Of a stretch of DNA of 64,000 nucleotides, positions 46,321 to 56,340 are shown piece after piece (within the stretch, counting starts at the first letter, position 1; each line of letters begins with the position of its first letter). Under the pieces are notes generated by a model that was given only the letters and a program-made list of their open reading frames with translations, was not told the origin of the DNA and did not search any database. The translations under genes were made by a program, and so were the position numbers. Source of the DNA: an uncultured Oscillospiraceae bacterium (GTDB lineage: Bacteria > Bacillota > Clostridia > Christensenellales > CAG-138); contig CAZWSI010000007.1 in NCBI GenBank assembly GCA_964636405.1, positions 1,697-65,696 of the forward strand. The letters are read 5' to 3'.

Positions 46321-46543
46321 TGTGACATATTGTGCAATACACTATTACATTGCACTTGGCAAACTGGAAATCGACTGCTATAGTAGCTTATAAATACTGC
46401 ACCTAAGAAACTGAATATGGGCTGTGATCCATGAGGCGTGGTTGCTGGACAGACGCTTTTCACGGGGTAGAACACAACATATAGGGGTATCGCTGAAAAG
46501 GGCTTCACAAAATGCTGTGATAAAAGGGTAGTCGTAAGTAGCG

Positions 46544-46549
46544 CGGCGT
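46544..46549. repeat. right copy of the 6-bp direct repeat CGGCGT
   Basis: Identical to 31509-31514. Confidence 0.7.
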
Positions 46550-47177
46550 GCTCTTTCTTGACGAGCTCCCGGAATACGGGCGCGATGTGCTGGAGGCGCT
46601 TCGACAGCCGCTGGAGGACGGAAGAATCACCGTCAGCCGCGCGCAGGCGAGCGCGACCTATCCCGCCGAATTTGTGCTGGTCGCGGCCATGAACCCATGC
46701 CCCTGCGGCAATTACGGCTCCCGCGTCAATCCCTGCCGTTGCACGGCGGCGCAGATCACCCGCTATCAAAACCGCATCTCCGGCCCGCTGCTCGACCGCA
46801 TCGATATTCAGGTTGAAATGCCCGAGGTGGGCTATCAGGAGCTTTCCGATCTGAAGCGCGGCGAGCCATCCGCCGCCGTACGCGCGCGTGTCAACGCGGC
46901 GCGAAGCAGGCAGCGCGCGCGGTTTCTTGCAGAGGGGATCGTGTGCAATGCGCAAATGAACAGCGCCCAGACCAAAAAATATTGCGCGCCGGACGCGGAA
47001 GCCGAGCGCCTCTTGCAACGCGCGTTTACGCAGCTGCGGCTGTCCGCGCGCGCGTACCAGCGCATTTTAAAGGTCGCGCGCACCATTGCGGATCTGGAAG
47101 AAAGCGAAAGCGTTTTGCCTATGCATTATGCGGAAGCCATCCAGTACCGCTCGCTGGATATGCGCCGGGAGGGATAG
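46550..47177 (+). pseudogene. comM: comM/yifB, 3' part
   Basis: LFLDELPEYGRDVLEALRQPLEDGRITVSRA... continues the AAA+ module and C-terminal domain exactly where the 5' part breaks off. Confidence 0.85.
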
Positions 47178-47178
47178 C

Positions 47179-48324
47179 ATGCCGGAGTACACGCAAATAC
47201 AGCTTGATACCCTTTGGCTGCATCGCGGCACGGAGCAAAGCCCGCGTGTCTTTTCGCAGCTTGCCGCAAGCTTTGATGGTGTAACCCAAGCGCGGGAGGC
47301 CGCCGCTTGCCGCGATGCGGCCGCCTTCTCCTTTGTGCCGGAGCGTATGCGCGCGCGTTTGTTTGATACGGCGCCGCGCGGCGAGCTCGAGCGGAGCGTG
47401 GAGGCCTTTACGCGCGCGGGCATCCGTGCGCTTTTTCTTTCGCAGGAGGAATACCCCGCGCTTTTGCGGGAAATCTATGATCCGCCCGCTGTTTTGTTTG
47501 TGCGCGGCAAGCTACCCGCAGATTTGCCGCTGCCGATTGCCGTGATCGGCTCGCGTGCGGCGAGCCATTATGGGCGAGAGATGGCGCGGCTTTTCGGCTT
47601 CGGTCTTGCCGAAAGGGGCGCGACAGTCGTATCCGGCCTGGCGCTGGGCGCGGACGGCTGCGCGGCAAGGGGGGCTTTGGAAAGCAAAAAATCGGATGCG
47701 CCCACCGTGGCCGTGCTCGGCTGCGGCGTGGATATCGTCTATCCCGCTTCAAACCGCGATCTATATCTGGAAATTGTGGAGCGCGGCGCGGCCGTTTCGG
47801 AATACTGGCCGGGTACGGCCGCGCGCAGGGAGCATTTTCCGGCGCGCAACCGCATCATCAGCGGCCTTTCGCGCGGCGTTCTCGTTGTGGAGGCGGGGGA
47901 GAGAAGCGGAACCTCCATCACGGTGAATTGCGCGCTGGAGCAGGGGCGCGACGTGTTCGCCATCCCCGGCCGCGTCACGGATGCGCAGAGCGTGGGCTCA
48001 AACCGTCTCATTCAGCAGGGCGCGGCAAAGCCCTGCTTTTGCGTGGAGGATATTCTTTGCGAGTACGCGTGCGCAACGGAAAGGCTCGAGCGTGCCGCAA
48101 AGCGCAGCGTGAAGCTTAGCGCCCTTACGCCCGTAGAGCGCGAGGTTGTGCGCACGCTGCTTGAAGGCGAAGCGAGCATCGATTCGCTCTGCGCGCGCTT
48201 GCCCTATCCAGTGGGCGCGCTGAATTCTTGCTTGACAGGCTTAACGTTTTCGGGAATAATGAAGCAGTTACCCGGGCGGGTATACGCGTTGAATATTTCG
48301 GAATGCTCGTTTATGGACGAATAA
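47179..48324 (+). CDS. dprA: DNA processing protein DprA (Smf)
   Basis: Rossmann-like core (VVSGLALGADGCAARGAL, VLGCGVDIVYP, SGTSITV); ATG 47179 right after the comM stop. Confidence 0.9.
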   Translation: MPEYTQIQLDTLWLHRGTEQSPRVFSQLAASFDGVTQAREAAACRDAAAFSFVPERMRARLFDTAPRGELERSVEAFTRAGIRALFLSQEEYPALLREIYDPPAVLFVRGKLPADLPLPIAVIGSRAASHYGREMARLFGFGLAERGATVVSGLALGADGCAARGALESKKSDAPTVAVLGCGVDIVYPASNRDLYLEIVERGAAVSEYWPGTAARREHFPARNRIISGLSRGVLVVEAGERSGTSITVNCALEQGRDVFAIPGRVTDAQSVGSNRLIQQGAAKPCFCVEDILCEYACATERLERAAKRSVKLSALTPVEREVVRTLLEGEASIDSLCARLPYPVGALNSCLTGLTFSGIMKQLPGRVYALNISECSFMDE

Positions 48325-48342
48325 TAATATCGGAGGTCCGGC

Positions 48343-50442
48343 ATGTCGGAAACGCTTGTTATCGTGGAGTCGCCCGCAAAGGCGAAAACGATTGGAAAGT
48401 TTTTAGGGGAAAAGTACAAGGTCGTCGCCAGCAACGGTCACGTGCGCGATTTGCCCAAGAGCCAGATCGGCGTGGACGTGGAGCACAATTTTACGCCAAA
48501 ATACATCACCTTGCGCGGCCGGGGCGACGTGCTCGACCGCATCCGCAAGGAGGCCAAGCAGGCCAAAAACGTATATCTTGCTACCGACCCTGATCGTGAG
48601 GGCGAGGCCATCAGTTGGCACCTTGCGCAGGTGCTGGGGCTTGACGCGGCGACCAAGTGCCGCATCGAGTTTAATGAAATCACCTCCTCGGCGGTTAAGG
48701 GCTCCATCAAAGGGGCGCGCCCCATCGATATGCGCCTTGTCAACGCGCAGCAGGCCCGCCGCATATTGGATCGCTTGGTGGGCTATAAGATCAGCCCCAT
48801 CCTGTGGGCCAAGGTGCGCAAGGGCCTTTCCGCAGGCCGCGTGCAATCGGTCGCCACGCGCATCATCTGCGACCGGGAGGATGAAATCACCAGCTTTGTG
48901 CCCGAGGAGTATTGGGTCATTACGGCCACGCTCCAGGAGAAGGGCACAAAAAAGTGCTTTGACGCGAAGTATTACGGCAAGGACGGGAAAAAGCTCGATA
49001 TTCATACCAAAGAGCAGGCCGACGCGGTGCTCGGTGCCGTGGACGGCGCAAGCTTTTCCGCCGTCGAGGTGAAGCTTGGGGAAAGAAGCAAGCACGCTTT
49101 CCCGCCCTTTACCACCAGCAGCCTCCAGCAGGAGGCCGCGCGCAAGCTCGGCTTTACCACCAAGCGCACCATGATGGTTGCCCAGCAGCTTTACGAGGGC
49201 ATCGAGATCAGCAAGAAGGGCGCTACGGGCCTGATCTCCTATATCCGTACCGATTCCGTCCGCGTGGCGCAGGAGGCGCAGGAGGCGGCGCGCGCCTATA
49301 TCGGCGAACGCTTTGGCAATCGCTATCTGCCGGAAAAGCCCAACATCTATAAAGGCCGCGCGGGCGCGCAGGACGCGCACGAGGCGATTCGCCCAACCTC
49401 TATCCAAAATGAGCCGGCGAGCATCAAGGAACGCCTTTCCGGCGACCAGTACCGGCTTTACAGACTCATCTATGAACGCTTCCTTTCCAGTCAAATGAGC
49501 GACGCCCTGTACGCCACAACGCAGGCCAGCTTTGACGCAAACGGGCAGACCTTCCGCGCCAGCGGCGTGCAGACGATCTTCGACGGCTTTACGGCCGTGT
49601 ATAACGAGGGCCGGGACGACGCGCAGGAAAAGGAGGTCGCGCTTCCCAAAATCGAAAAGGGCGATTGCTTCCGCGCGGAGAAGATCGCAAGCGACCAGCG
49701 CTTTACGCAGCCGCCCCCGCGTTTTACGGAGGCGATGCTCGTAAAAACGCTGGAGGAAAAAGGCATTGGCCGGCCCAGCACCTATTCGCCCACCATTTCC
49801 ACCATTGTGGATCGCGGCTACGTCGCGCGCGAGAAAAAGCAGCTCATTCCCACGGAGCTCGGCTTTGTCGTAACAAAGCTCATGAAGGAGAACTTCGAGC
49901 AGATCGTGGACGTAAAATTCACGGCCAACATGGAGGAATCCCTGGACGCCGTGGAGGAGGGCCGCGAGGAATGGGAGGCCCTTCTCTCCCGCTTTTACGG
50001 CCCCTTTGAAGAAAAGGTGGAGCTTGCCGGAAAGTCCATCGAGCGCGTCAAACTCGTAGACGAGGTGTCCGACGTGCAGTGCGAAAAGTGCGGCGCGATG
50101 ATGGTGTATAAAACGGGGCGCTTCGGGCGCTTCCTCGCCTGCCCGAACTTCCCCAACTGCCGCAACACCAAGGCGATTGTGGAGAAGATCGACGTGCCCT
50201 GCCCCAAGTGCGGCGCGGCGCTCATCAAGCGCAAGAGCAAGCGCGGCAAGCACTTTTACGGCTGTGAGCGCTACCCCGAGTGCGATTTTGTCTCCTGGGA
50301 AAAGCCCGTCGGCACGCCCTGCCCCAAGTGCGGGGGGATGATGGTGCAAAAGCTTGGCCAAAACGGCAGCTACACCGCCTGCATGGACAAAAACTGCGGC
50401 TATATCCACCGCAAGAAGGCAAAGGAAGATGCAAACGAATAG
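48343..50442 (+). CDS. topA: DNA topoisomerase I
   Basis: TOPRIM LVIVESPAKAKTI, active-site region ISYIRTDS, C-terminal Cys4 zinc ribbons. Confidence 0.95.
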   Translation: MSETLVIVESPAKAKTIGKFLGEKYKVVASNGHVRDLPKSQIGVDVEHNFTPKYITLRGRGDVLDRIRKEAKQAKNVYLATDPDREGEAISWHLAQVLGLDAATKCRIEFNEITSSAVKGSIKGARPIDMRLVNAQQARRILDRLVGYKISPILWAKVRKGLSAGRVQSVATRIICDREDEITSFVPEEYWVITATLQEKGTKKCFDAKYYGKDGKKLDIHTKEQADAVLGAVDGASFSAVEVKLGERSKHAFPPFTTSSLQQEAARKLGFTTKRTMMVAQQLYEGIEISKKGATGLISYIRTDSVRVAQEAQEAARAYIGERFGNRYLPEKPNIYKGRAGAQDAHEAIRPTSIQNEPASIKERLSGDQYRLYRLIYERFLSSQMSDALYATTQASFDANGQTFRASGVQTIFDGFTAVYNEGRDDAQEKEVALPKIEKGDCFRAEKIASDQRFTQPPPRFTEAMLVKTLEEKGIGRPSTYSPTISTIVDRGYVAREKKQLIPTELGFVVTKLMKENFEQIVDVKFTANMEESLDAVEEGREEWEALLSRFYGPFEEKVELAGKSIERVKLVDEVSDVQCEKCGAMMVYKTGRFGRFLACPNFPNCRNTKAIVEKIDVPCPKCGAALIKRKSKRGKHFYGCERYPECDFVSWEKPVGTPCPKCGGMMVQKLGQNGSYTACMDKNCGYIHRKKAKEDANE

Positions 50443-51721
50443 GGCCGTCGTCGTCGGCGCGGGGCTGGCCGGGTGCGAGGCCGCATACCAGCTTGCCAAG
50501 CGCGGTATTGAGGTCGAGCTGTACGAAATGAAACCCGTGCGCTTTTCGCCCGCGCACAAGAGCGAGGCGCTCTGCGAGCTGGTTTGCTCCAATTCCCTTC
50601 GCTCCGACCGCATCGAGAATGCGGCGGGGCTGCTGAAGGAAGAGCTTCGCGCGCTGGATTCCCTTGTGATACGCTGCGCGGATGAAACGCGCGTGCCCGC
50701 GGGCGGCGCGCTGGCGGTCGATCGCGAGGGCTTTGCGCGGCGTGTAACCGAGGAGATATGCGCGCTGCCCAATATCACATTGCGCCGCCTCGAGGTTGCA
50801 AGCCTGCCGGACGCGCCCGCGATTATCGCCACGGGCCCGCTCACCGATGGCCCGCTTTTTGCCGGCATTTCCGCGCTCGTGGGCGAAAGCCTGCATTTCT
50901 ACGACGCGGCCGCGCCCATCGTTTCCTACGATTCGCTGGATCACGGGAAAATTTTTCGCGCTTCGCGCTACGGCCGGGGCGAGGACTATCTCAACGCGCC
51001 CATGACCCGCGCGGAGTACGAGGCTTTTTGGACGGCGCTGGTGCATGCGGAAACGGCCAAGCTCCATGATTTTGAAACGCCCCGCGTGTTCGAGGGCTGC
51101 ATGCCCGTGGAGGTGATGGCAAAGCGCGGGCCGCTTACTCTCGCCTACGGTCCGCTCAAGCCCGTGGGTCTTTCGCAGGATGGCGCGCGGCCCTATGCCG
51201 TGGTGCAGCTTCGGCAGGACAACGCGGAGGGCACGCTCTATAACATCGTCGGTTTTCAGACAAATCTGCTTTTTTCCGAGCAAAGACGGGTCTTCGGCAT
51301 GATTCCGGGTCTGGAAAATGCGGAGTTCGTGCGCTATGGGGTGATGCATAAAAACAGCTTTTTGCCCGCCAATGTGCTCACCCCGCACTATGAGCTGAAG
51401 GCGCGCCCAGGCCTGTATTTTGCGGGGCAGATTACGGGCGTGGAGGGCTATATCGAGTCCACGGCAAGCGGCCTTGCGGCGGGCGTGGCGCTCGCTTCGA
51501 GGCTGGCGGGGCGCGACGCCCCGGCGTTTCCGCGCGATACGGCCATCGGCGCGCTGGCGCACTACGTATCCAACTATACGGGCTCGGACTTTCAGCCCAT
51601 GAACGTGAATTTCGGCATTATGGATCACCATGGGATTCATGTGCGAAACAAGCAGGAGCGCTACCGGCTAATGGCGGAGAAATCGCTCGCAATCGTAAAA
51701 GAATTGAAAACTGATGCATAA
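50429..51721 (+). CDS. trmFO: methylenetetrahydrofolate-tRNA-(uracil54-C5)-methyltransferase TrmFO
   Basis: FAD motif [28 protein letters not shown]; start at ATG 50429. Confidence 0.9.
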   Translation: MQTNRAVVVGAGLAGCEAAYQLAKRGIEVELYEMKPVRFSPAHKSEALCELVCSNSLRSDRIENAAGLLKEELRALDSLVIRCADETRVPAGGALAVDREGFARRVTEEICALPNITLRRLEVASLPDAPAIIATGPLTDGPLFAGISALVGESLHFYDAAAPIVSYDSLDHGKIFRASRYGRGEDYLNAPMTRAEYEAFWTALVHAETAKLHDFETPRVFEGCMPVEVMAKRGPLTLAYGPLKPVGLSQDGARPYAVVQLRQDNAEGTLYNIVGFQTNLLFSEQRRVFGMIPGLENAEFVRYGVMHKNSFLPANVLTPHYELKARPGLYFAGQITGVEGYIESTASGLAAGVALASRLAGRDAPAFPRDTAIGALAHYVSNYTGSDFQPMNVNFGIMDHHGIHVRNKQERYRLMAEKSLAIVKELKTDA

Positions 51722-51777
51722 ACGGGCGCATAAAGCCCGTTTTCATGTTAGAATCGAAAAAAGGACAGGAGCGCGTT

Positions 51778-52323
51778 ATGGAAGAGTCGGTCAAATTCTT
51801 GGGTACGACCATCGTGGCCGTCAAGCAGGACGGCCATTGTGCCGTCGCGGGCGACGGGCAGGTTACGATGAACAACGCCAATATTATGAAGGCCACCGCG
51901 AAAAAGGTGCGCAGGCTTTATCACGACAAGGTCGTGGTGGGCTTTGCCGGCTCCGTGGCCGACGCGTTCTCGCTCTGCGAGCGCTTTGAGCAGAAGCTCG
52001 ATCAATATGGCGGCGCGCTTACGCGCTCGGCCGTGTCGCTCGCGCAGGATTGGAGGAGCGACAAGATCATGCGCAAGCTCGAGGCGCTGCTGATTGTGGC
52101 CGACAAGGAGGAATTGCTCATCATCTCCGGCACGGGCGAGGTGATCGACCCGGACGACGGCGTGGCGGCCATCGGCTCGGGCGGCATGTACGCGCTCGCG
52201 GCGGCCAAGGCGCTCAAGCAAAATACATCGCTGTCCGCAAGGGAGATTGCGGAAAAGTCGTTGCGCATCGCGGGCGAAATCTGCATCTACACCAACGGCA
52301 ACATCGTCGTTGAAGAGGTATAA
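51778..52323 (+). CDS. hslV: ATP-dependent protease subunit HslV
   Basis: [12 protein letters not shown]-terminal nucleophile region, GSGG; AGGAG RBS. Confidence 0.9.
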   Translation: MEESVKFLGTTIVAVKQDGHCAVAGDGQVTMNNANIMKATAKKVRRLYHDKVVVGFAGSVADAFSLCERFEQKLDQYGGALTRSAVSLAQDWRSDKIMRKLEALLIVADKEELLIISGTGEVIDPDDGVAAIGSGGMYALAAAKALKQNTSLSAREIAEKSLRIAGEICIYTNGNIVVEEV

Positions 52324-52325
52324 CT

Positions 52326-53714
52326 ATGCTAACGCCGAAAGAAATTGTAGACGCGCTGGATTCCTATATCATTGGGCAGGATCGCGCCAAGCGCGCCGTG
52401 GCCGTAGCCTTGCGCAATCGCTATCGCAGAAGCTGCCTGCCAGAGGAGCTGCGCGAGGAGATTACGCCCAAGAACATCATCATGATCGGGCCCACGGGCG
52501 TGGGCAAAACGGAGATTGCCCGCCGCTTGGCCAAGCTTGTGGACGCGCCCTTTATCAAGGTCGAGGCCACCAAGTTTACCGAGGTCGGCTATGTGGGGCG
52601 CGATGTGGAATCCATGGTGCGCGATTTGGTGGAGGCGGCCATCCGCATCTGCAAGACGCGGCGCATGGAGGCCATCCGCCTTGTAGCGGAGGCGGCGGCC
52701 GAGCAGAGCCTAATTGACTTGCTCGTGCCCACCAAGCGCAAGGATCGCCAGCCCGCGGCAAATCCCCTGCAACTCCTGCTTTCGGCGGGCGCGCCGCAGC
52801 AAAAGGACGAGCCTGAGCCGAGCGAGGAGGAGAAGCGGCGGCGCGTGAGCGAGCGCGAGCGCGTGACGCAGCAGCTTCGCGCGGGGCAGCTCGAGCATGT
52901 CCTTGTGGAGATCGAGGTGGAGGAGCGCCCCGGCACGAACGATGCGATGTTCGCCGCGGGCATCGACCTCAACCTTGGCGAGATGTTTGGCGATTTTTTG
53001 CCCAAGAAGACGAAAAAGCGCAAGCTGCCCGTCAGCGAGGCGCGCCGCATCATCGTGCAGCAGGAGCAGGAAAAACGCATCGATATGGACGACGTAACGC
53101 GCGAGGCCGTGGCGTGCGCGGAGCAGGACGGCATCATCTTTATCGACGAGATTGACAAAATCGCTGGCGCAAACCGCACCGGCGGCCCGGACGTCTCCCG
53201 CGAAGGCGTGCAGCGCGATATTCTGCCCATTGTGGAGGGCTCCACGGTGAGCACCAAATACGGTCCGGTCAAAACGGATTTTGTGCTTTTTATCGCGGCT
53301 GGCGCATTCCACACGGCCAAGGTGACGGACTTAATCCCCGAATTGCAGGGGCGTTTCCCCATCCGCGTGCGACTCAACGATTTGACGCGCGAGGATTTTC
53401 TCAAAATCCTCACCCAGCCCCAAAACGCCGTCACCAAGCAATACGCGGCGCTTCTGTCCGCTGATAAGGTGAAGCTCAGCTTTACGGACGACGCGCTTTC
53501 GGAAATTGCGCACTACGCGTTTCTTGCCAACGAGTCTACGGAAAACATCGGTGCGCGCAGGCTGCATACGGTGCTGGAAAACCTGCTCGACGATATTTCC
53601 TTCAACGCCAGCGGCCAGCACCCCGAAATCGACGTGGTAATCGACGCGCAGTATGTCAAGGAACATTTAAAGGACGAATTTGCCGACGAGGATATACATA
53701 AGTATATACTGTAA
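52326..53714 (+). CDS. hslU: ATP-dependent protease ATPase subunit HslU
   Basis: LTPKEIVxxLDxYIIGQ, Walker [25 protein letters not shown]. Confidence 0.95.
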   Translation: MLTPKEIVDALDSYIIGQDRAKRAVAVALRNRYRRSCLPEELREEITPKNIIMIGPTGVGKTEIARRLAKLVDAPFIKVEATKFTEVGYVGRDVESMVRDLVEAAIRICKTRRMEAIRLVAEAAAEQSLIDLLVPTKRKDRQPAANPLQLLLSAGAPQQKDEPEPSEEEKRRRVSERERVTQQLRAGQLEHVLVEIEVEERPGTNDAMFAAGIDLNLGEMFGDFLPKKTKKRKLPVSEARRIIVQQEQEKRIDMDDVTREAVACAEQDGIIFIDEIDKIAGANRTGGPDVSREGVQRDILPIVEGSTVSTKYGPVKTDFVLFIAAGAFHTAKVTDLIPELQGRFPIRVRLNDLTREDFLKILTQPQNAVTKQYAALLSADKVKLSFTDDALSEIAHYAFLANESTENIGARRLHTVLENLLDDISFNASGQHPEIDVVIDAQYVKEHLKDEFADEDIHKYIL

Positions 53715-53740
53715 TTTGTAAAGGACGGAGAGGACGTGCC

Positions 53741-54661
53741 ATGCGGCGTAAACGGCGTAACGGCGCCCGCATAATTGCATATTGGCTGCTCGCGCTTGCG
53801 CTCCTGTTAACGGGATGCAGCAAGGCTGTGACCGCCGACGGCGTGGAAACGGTGGAATTTGAGGCGGCTTTTGCTGAGGTGATGGTGATTGACTTTACGC
53901 CGGAGCCGGCGGTCGTCGTGCTCTCCGTAGCGCATTCGCCCTCGCCTGCGCCGCTGTACACCCCAGTGCCCACGCCTTCGCCCGCTCCGACGCCGGAGCC
54001 GACGCCTGAGCTGACGCCGGAGCCGACGCCTGAGCTGACGCCGGAGCCGACCCCTTCGCCTGCCAAAAAAACTGCGCCCAAGGCGACGAGCGACCCCGGC
54101 AAGACCGCTACGCCCAGGCCCACGCAGTCTGCGAACACGCCGACCCCCAAACCGACTTCGACGCAGCCCAGCGCAACGCAAACGCCCGCGCCCACGCCGA
54201 CGCCGCTTTTTGCCCCTGCGGATACGCCCGTGCCCACTGGCGCGCCCGCCGCTACGCCCACCATGCCGCCCAGCTCCTCGGGGAGCTACCCGCAGGATGA
54301 ACTGGTGCTTGCGGCGAAGGTGGCCTATATGGAGGCGCGCGGGAACGGGGAGGACGCGTACCGCGCGGTGCTCAACGTCATATTAAACCGCTGCGAATCG
54401 AGCAAGTTTGGCGGCGGGCAAACGTCCATTTCCACGGAGGTATATCGCAAGAGTCAGTTTTCCGTGGTGCGCTACGAGTCCTTCGCCACGCTTACGCCGC
54501 CCTCCGAAATAGTCGGCTACGCGGACGATATCTTCAACGGCAACAACCGCTGCCTGCCCGACGGCGTAATCTTTTTCCGTTCGGATTCGCTCGGCACGAG
54601 CTGGGGCAGCAAGGTATACTATCAATCGATCGGAGGCAACGCCTTCTTTTACGCGGGATAA
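53741..54661 (+). CDS. cell-wall hydrolase (SleB/CwlJ Hydrolase_2 family) with lipoprotein-like leader and a Pro/Thr-rich linker
   Basis: LLTGCSK lipobox-like leader; C-terminal AKVAYMEARGNGEDAYRAVLNVILNR...QFS motif. Confidence 0.7.
   Translation: MRRKRRNGARIIAYWLLALALLLTGCSKAVTADGVETVEFEAAFAEVMVIDFTPEPAVVVLSVAHSPSPAPLYTPVPTPSPAPTPEPTPELTPEPTPELTPEPTPSPAKKTAPKATSDPGKTATPRPTQSANTPTPKPTSTQPSATQTPAPTPTPLFAPADTPVPTGAPAATPTMPPSSSGSYPQDELVLAAKVAYMEARGNGEDAYRAVLNVILNRCESSKFGGGQTSISTEVYRKSQFSVVRYESFATLTPPSEIVGYADDIFNGNNRCLPDGVIFFRSDSLGTSWGSKVYYQSIGGNAFFYAG
53993..54052 (+). repeat. 24-bp tandem repeat (2.5 copies) encoding PEPTPELT
   Basis: CCGGAGCCGACGCCTGAGCTGACG repeated at 53993 and 54017, partial copy at 54041; inside the linker of the hydrolase gene. 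Confidence 0.8.
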
Positions 54662-54683
54662 GGATAGGAGAGAACAAAAGAAC

Positions 54684-56330
54684 ATGGCAAGCAAGCTAAA
54701 AATGATTCCCCTCGGCGGGGTGAGCGAGATCGGCAAAAACATGACCGTCGTGGAGTATGGAAACGATATGGTGGTCATCGACTGCGGATTGATCTTCCCG
54801 GACGAGGATATGCCCGGCATCGACATCGTCATCCCGGACATGACCTACCTCACCGAGAACGCAGCCAAGCTTCGCGGCTTCCTCATTACCCATGGCCACG
54901 AGGATCACATCGGCGCGCTGCCCTATGCGCTTGAAAAATTCAATGTGCCCGTATACGGGACAAGCTTCACCATCGCGCTCATCGAGCACAAGCTCGACGA
55001 AATGCACCTTTCCGGCCGCAAGCTCAATTGCGTAAAGTCCGGGGACAAGGTGGAGCTCGGCTGCTTCCGGGTGGAGTTTATCAAAACGGGGCATTCCATC
55101 GCGGGCGCGCTCGCGCTGGCCGTGACCACGCCCATCGGCACCATCATCCACACGGGCGATTTCAAGGTGGACTTTACGCCCATCGACGGCGAGCCCATCG
55201 ATATCAACCGCTTCGCCTACTATGGCTCGCGCGGCGTGCTCGCGCTCCTTTCGGACAGCACGAATATCGAGCGGCCCGGGCACACGCTTTCCGAGCACGA
55301 TATCGGCTCCACCTTTGAGCATTATTTCGACGTGGCAGAGGGACGGGTCATCGTCGCCTCCTTCGCGTCGAATGTGTACCGCATCCAACAGGTGGCGGAT
55401 GTGGCGCTTTCGCACGGCCGCGTGCTGTGCTTCCAGGGCCGCAGCATGGAGCAGGTGGTGCAGATTGCCATGAAGCTCGGGTATCTCAAGATCCCGGCGG
55501 ATCGTATCGTGCGCGTGGAGCAGCTCAATAAATACCGCGAGGATCAAATCTGCGTGGTGACGACAGGCAGCCAGGGCGAGCCCATGAGCGGGCTTTTCCG
55601 CATGGCCACGGCCACGCACAAGCTCAATATCGGCAAGGGAGATACGGTCATCATCTCCGCCTCGGCCATTCCGGGAAACGAGCGGGGCGTATCGCGTGTG
55701 ATCAACCAGCTCTTTGAAAAGGGCGCGTACGTGGTATACGATCAGATGGCCGACGTGCACGTGTCCGGCCACGCCTGCCGGGAGGAGCTGCGGCTCATGC
55801 TGCAATTGACCAAGCCCAGGTATTTTATTCCCGTGCACGGGGAATACCGGCATTTGTATATGCATGGCCGTCTCGCCAAGGAAATGGGCGTGCCGGAGGA
55901 TCATATTTTCCTGACAAACTGCGGGAGCGTAGTGGAGCTTTCGCAAAAGCGCGGCTCCATTACGGGAACCGTCCCCTCGGGGAGCGTGATGGTGGACGGC
56001 CTTGGCGGCATCGACGACGTGGTGTTGAAAGACCGCAGACTGCTTTCGCAGGACGGCCTTGTGGCCGCCGTGGTGATCCTTGACGTGGAAAACGGCCGCA
56101 TGCTCGCCGCCCCGGAGCTGATTTCACGCGGCTTTGTCTATATGCGCGAGTCCGAAGGGCTGATCGCGGAGGCAATTACCAAGCTTACCGTGGAGGCGAA
56201 GCGCTTCGAGGGCGCGGATAAATCCGAGTACGGCAATATCAAGGCTGCCATCCGCACAAGCCTCAAGGGCTTCCTTCGGAGCAAAACAAAGAGAACGCCG
56301 GTCATTTTGCCGATCGTGATCGAGATTTAG
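54684..56330 (+). CDS. rnj: ribonuclease J
   Basis: Metallo-beta-lactamase motif THGHEDHIGALPY plus beta-CASP and C-terminal domain. Confidence 0.9.
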   Translation: MASKLKMIPLGGVSEIGKNMTVVEYGNDMVVIDCGLIFPDEDMPGIDIVIPDMTYLTENAAKLRGFLITHGHEDHIGALPYALEKFNVPVYGTSFTIALIEHKLDEMHLSGRKLNCVKSGDKVELGCFRVEFIKTGHSIAGALALAVTTPIGTIIHTGDFKVDFTPIDGEPIDINRFAYYGSRGVLALLSDSTNIERPGHTLSEHDIGSTFEHYFDVAEGRVIVASFASNVYRIQQVADVALSHGRVLCFQGRSMEQVVQIAMKLGYLKIPADRIVRVEQLNKYREDQICVVTTGSQGEPMSGLFRMATATHKLNIGKGDTVIISASAIPGNERGVSRVINQLFEKGAYVVYDQMADVHVSGHACREELRLMLQLTKPRYFIPVHGEYRHLYMHGRLAKEMGVPEDHIFLTNCGSVVELSQKRGSITGTVPSGSVMVDGLGGIDDVVLKDRRLLSQDGLVAAVVILDVENGRMLAAPELISRGFVYMRESEGLIAEAITKLTVEAKRFEGADKSEYGNIKAAIRTSLKGFLRSKTKRTPVILPIVIEI

Positions 56331-56340
56331 GAGGCCAGAC

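Larger units (their letters stand above)
31515..46543. mobile_element. ~15.0-kb AT-richer genomic island (decayed prophage / defence-island mosaic) inserted in comM; no recombinase detected
   Basis: Abrupt composition change, split comM, flanking direct repeat, phage tail genes, RM-like genes and several truncated genes inside. Confidence 0.85.

Noticed and set aside
46248-47018. 256-aa minus-strand ORF crossing the island/comM boundary
   Set aside because: It spans two regions of different origin and is antisense to the comM 3' part. Its island-side tail has no integrase-like motifs (no R..HxxR..Y pattern).
48403-50868. 821-aa minus-strand ORF, the longest antisense ORF in the window
   Set aside because: It lies opposite topA and trmFO, both of which have clear motifs. 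Its composition is repetitive and Ala/Gly/Arg/Leu-rich with no recognisable domain.
53993-54052. Possible CRISPR-like repeat
   Set aside because: The copies are directly tandem with no spacers, and they lie in-frame inside a coding Pro/Thr linker. No CRISPR array or cas gene is present in the window.
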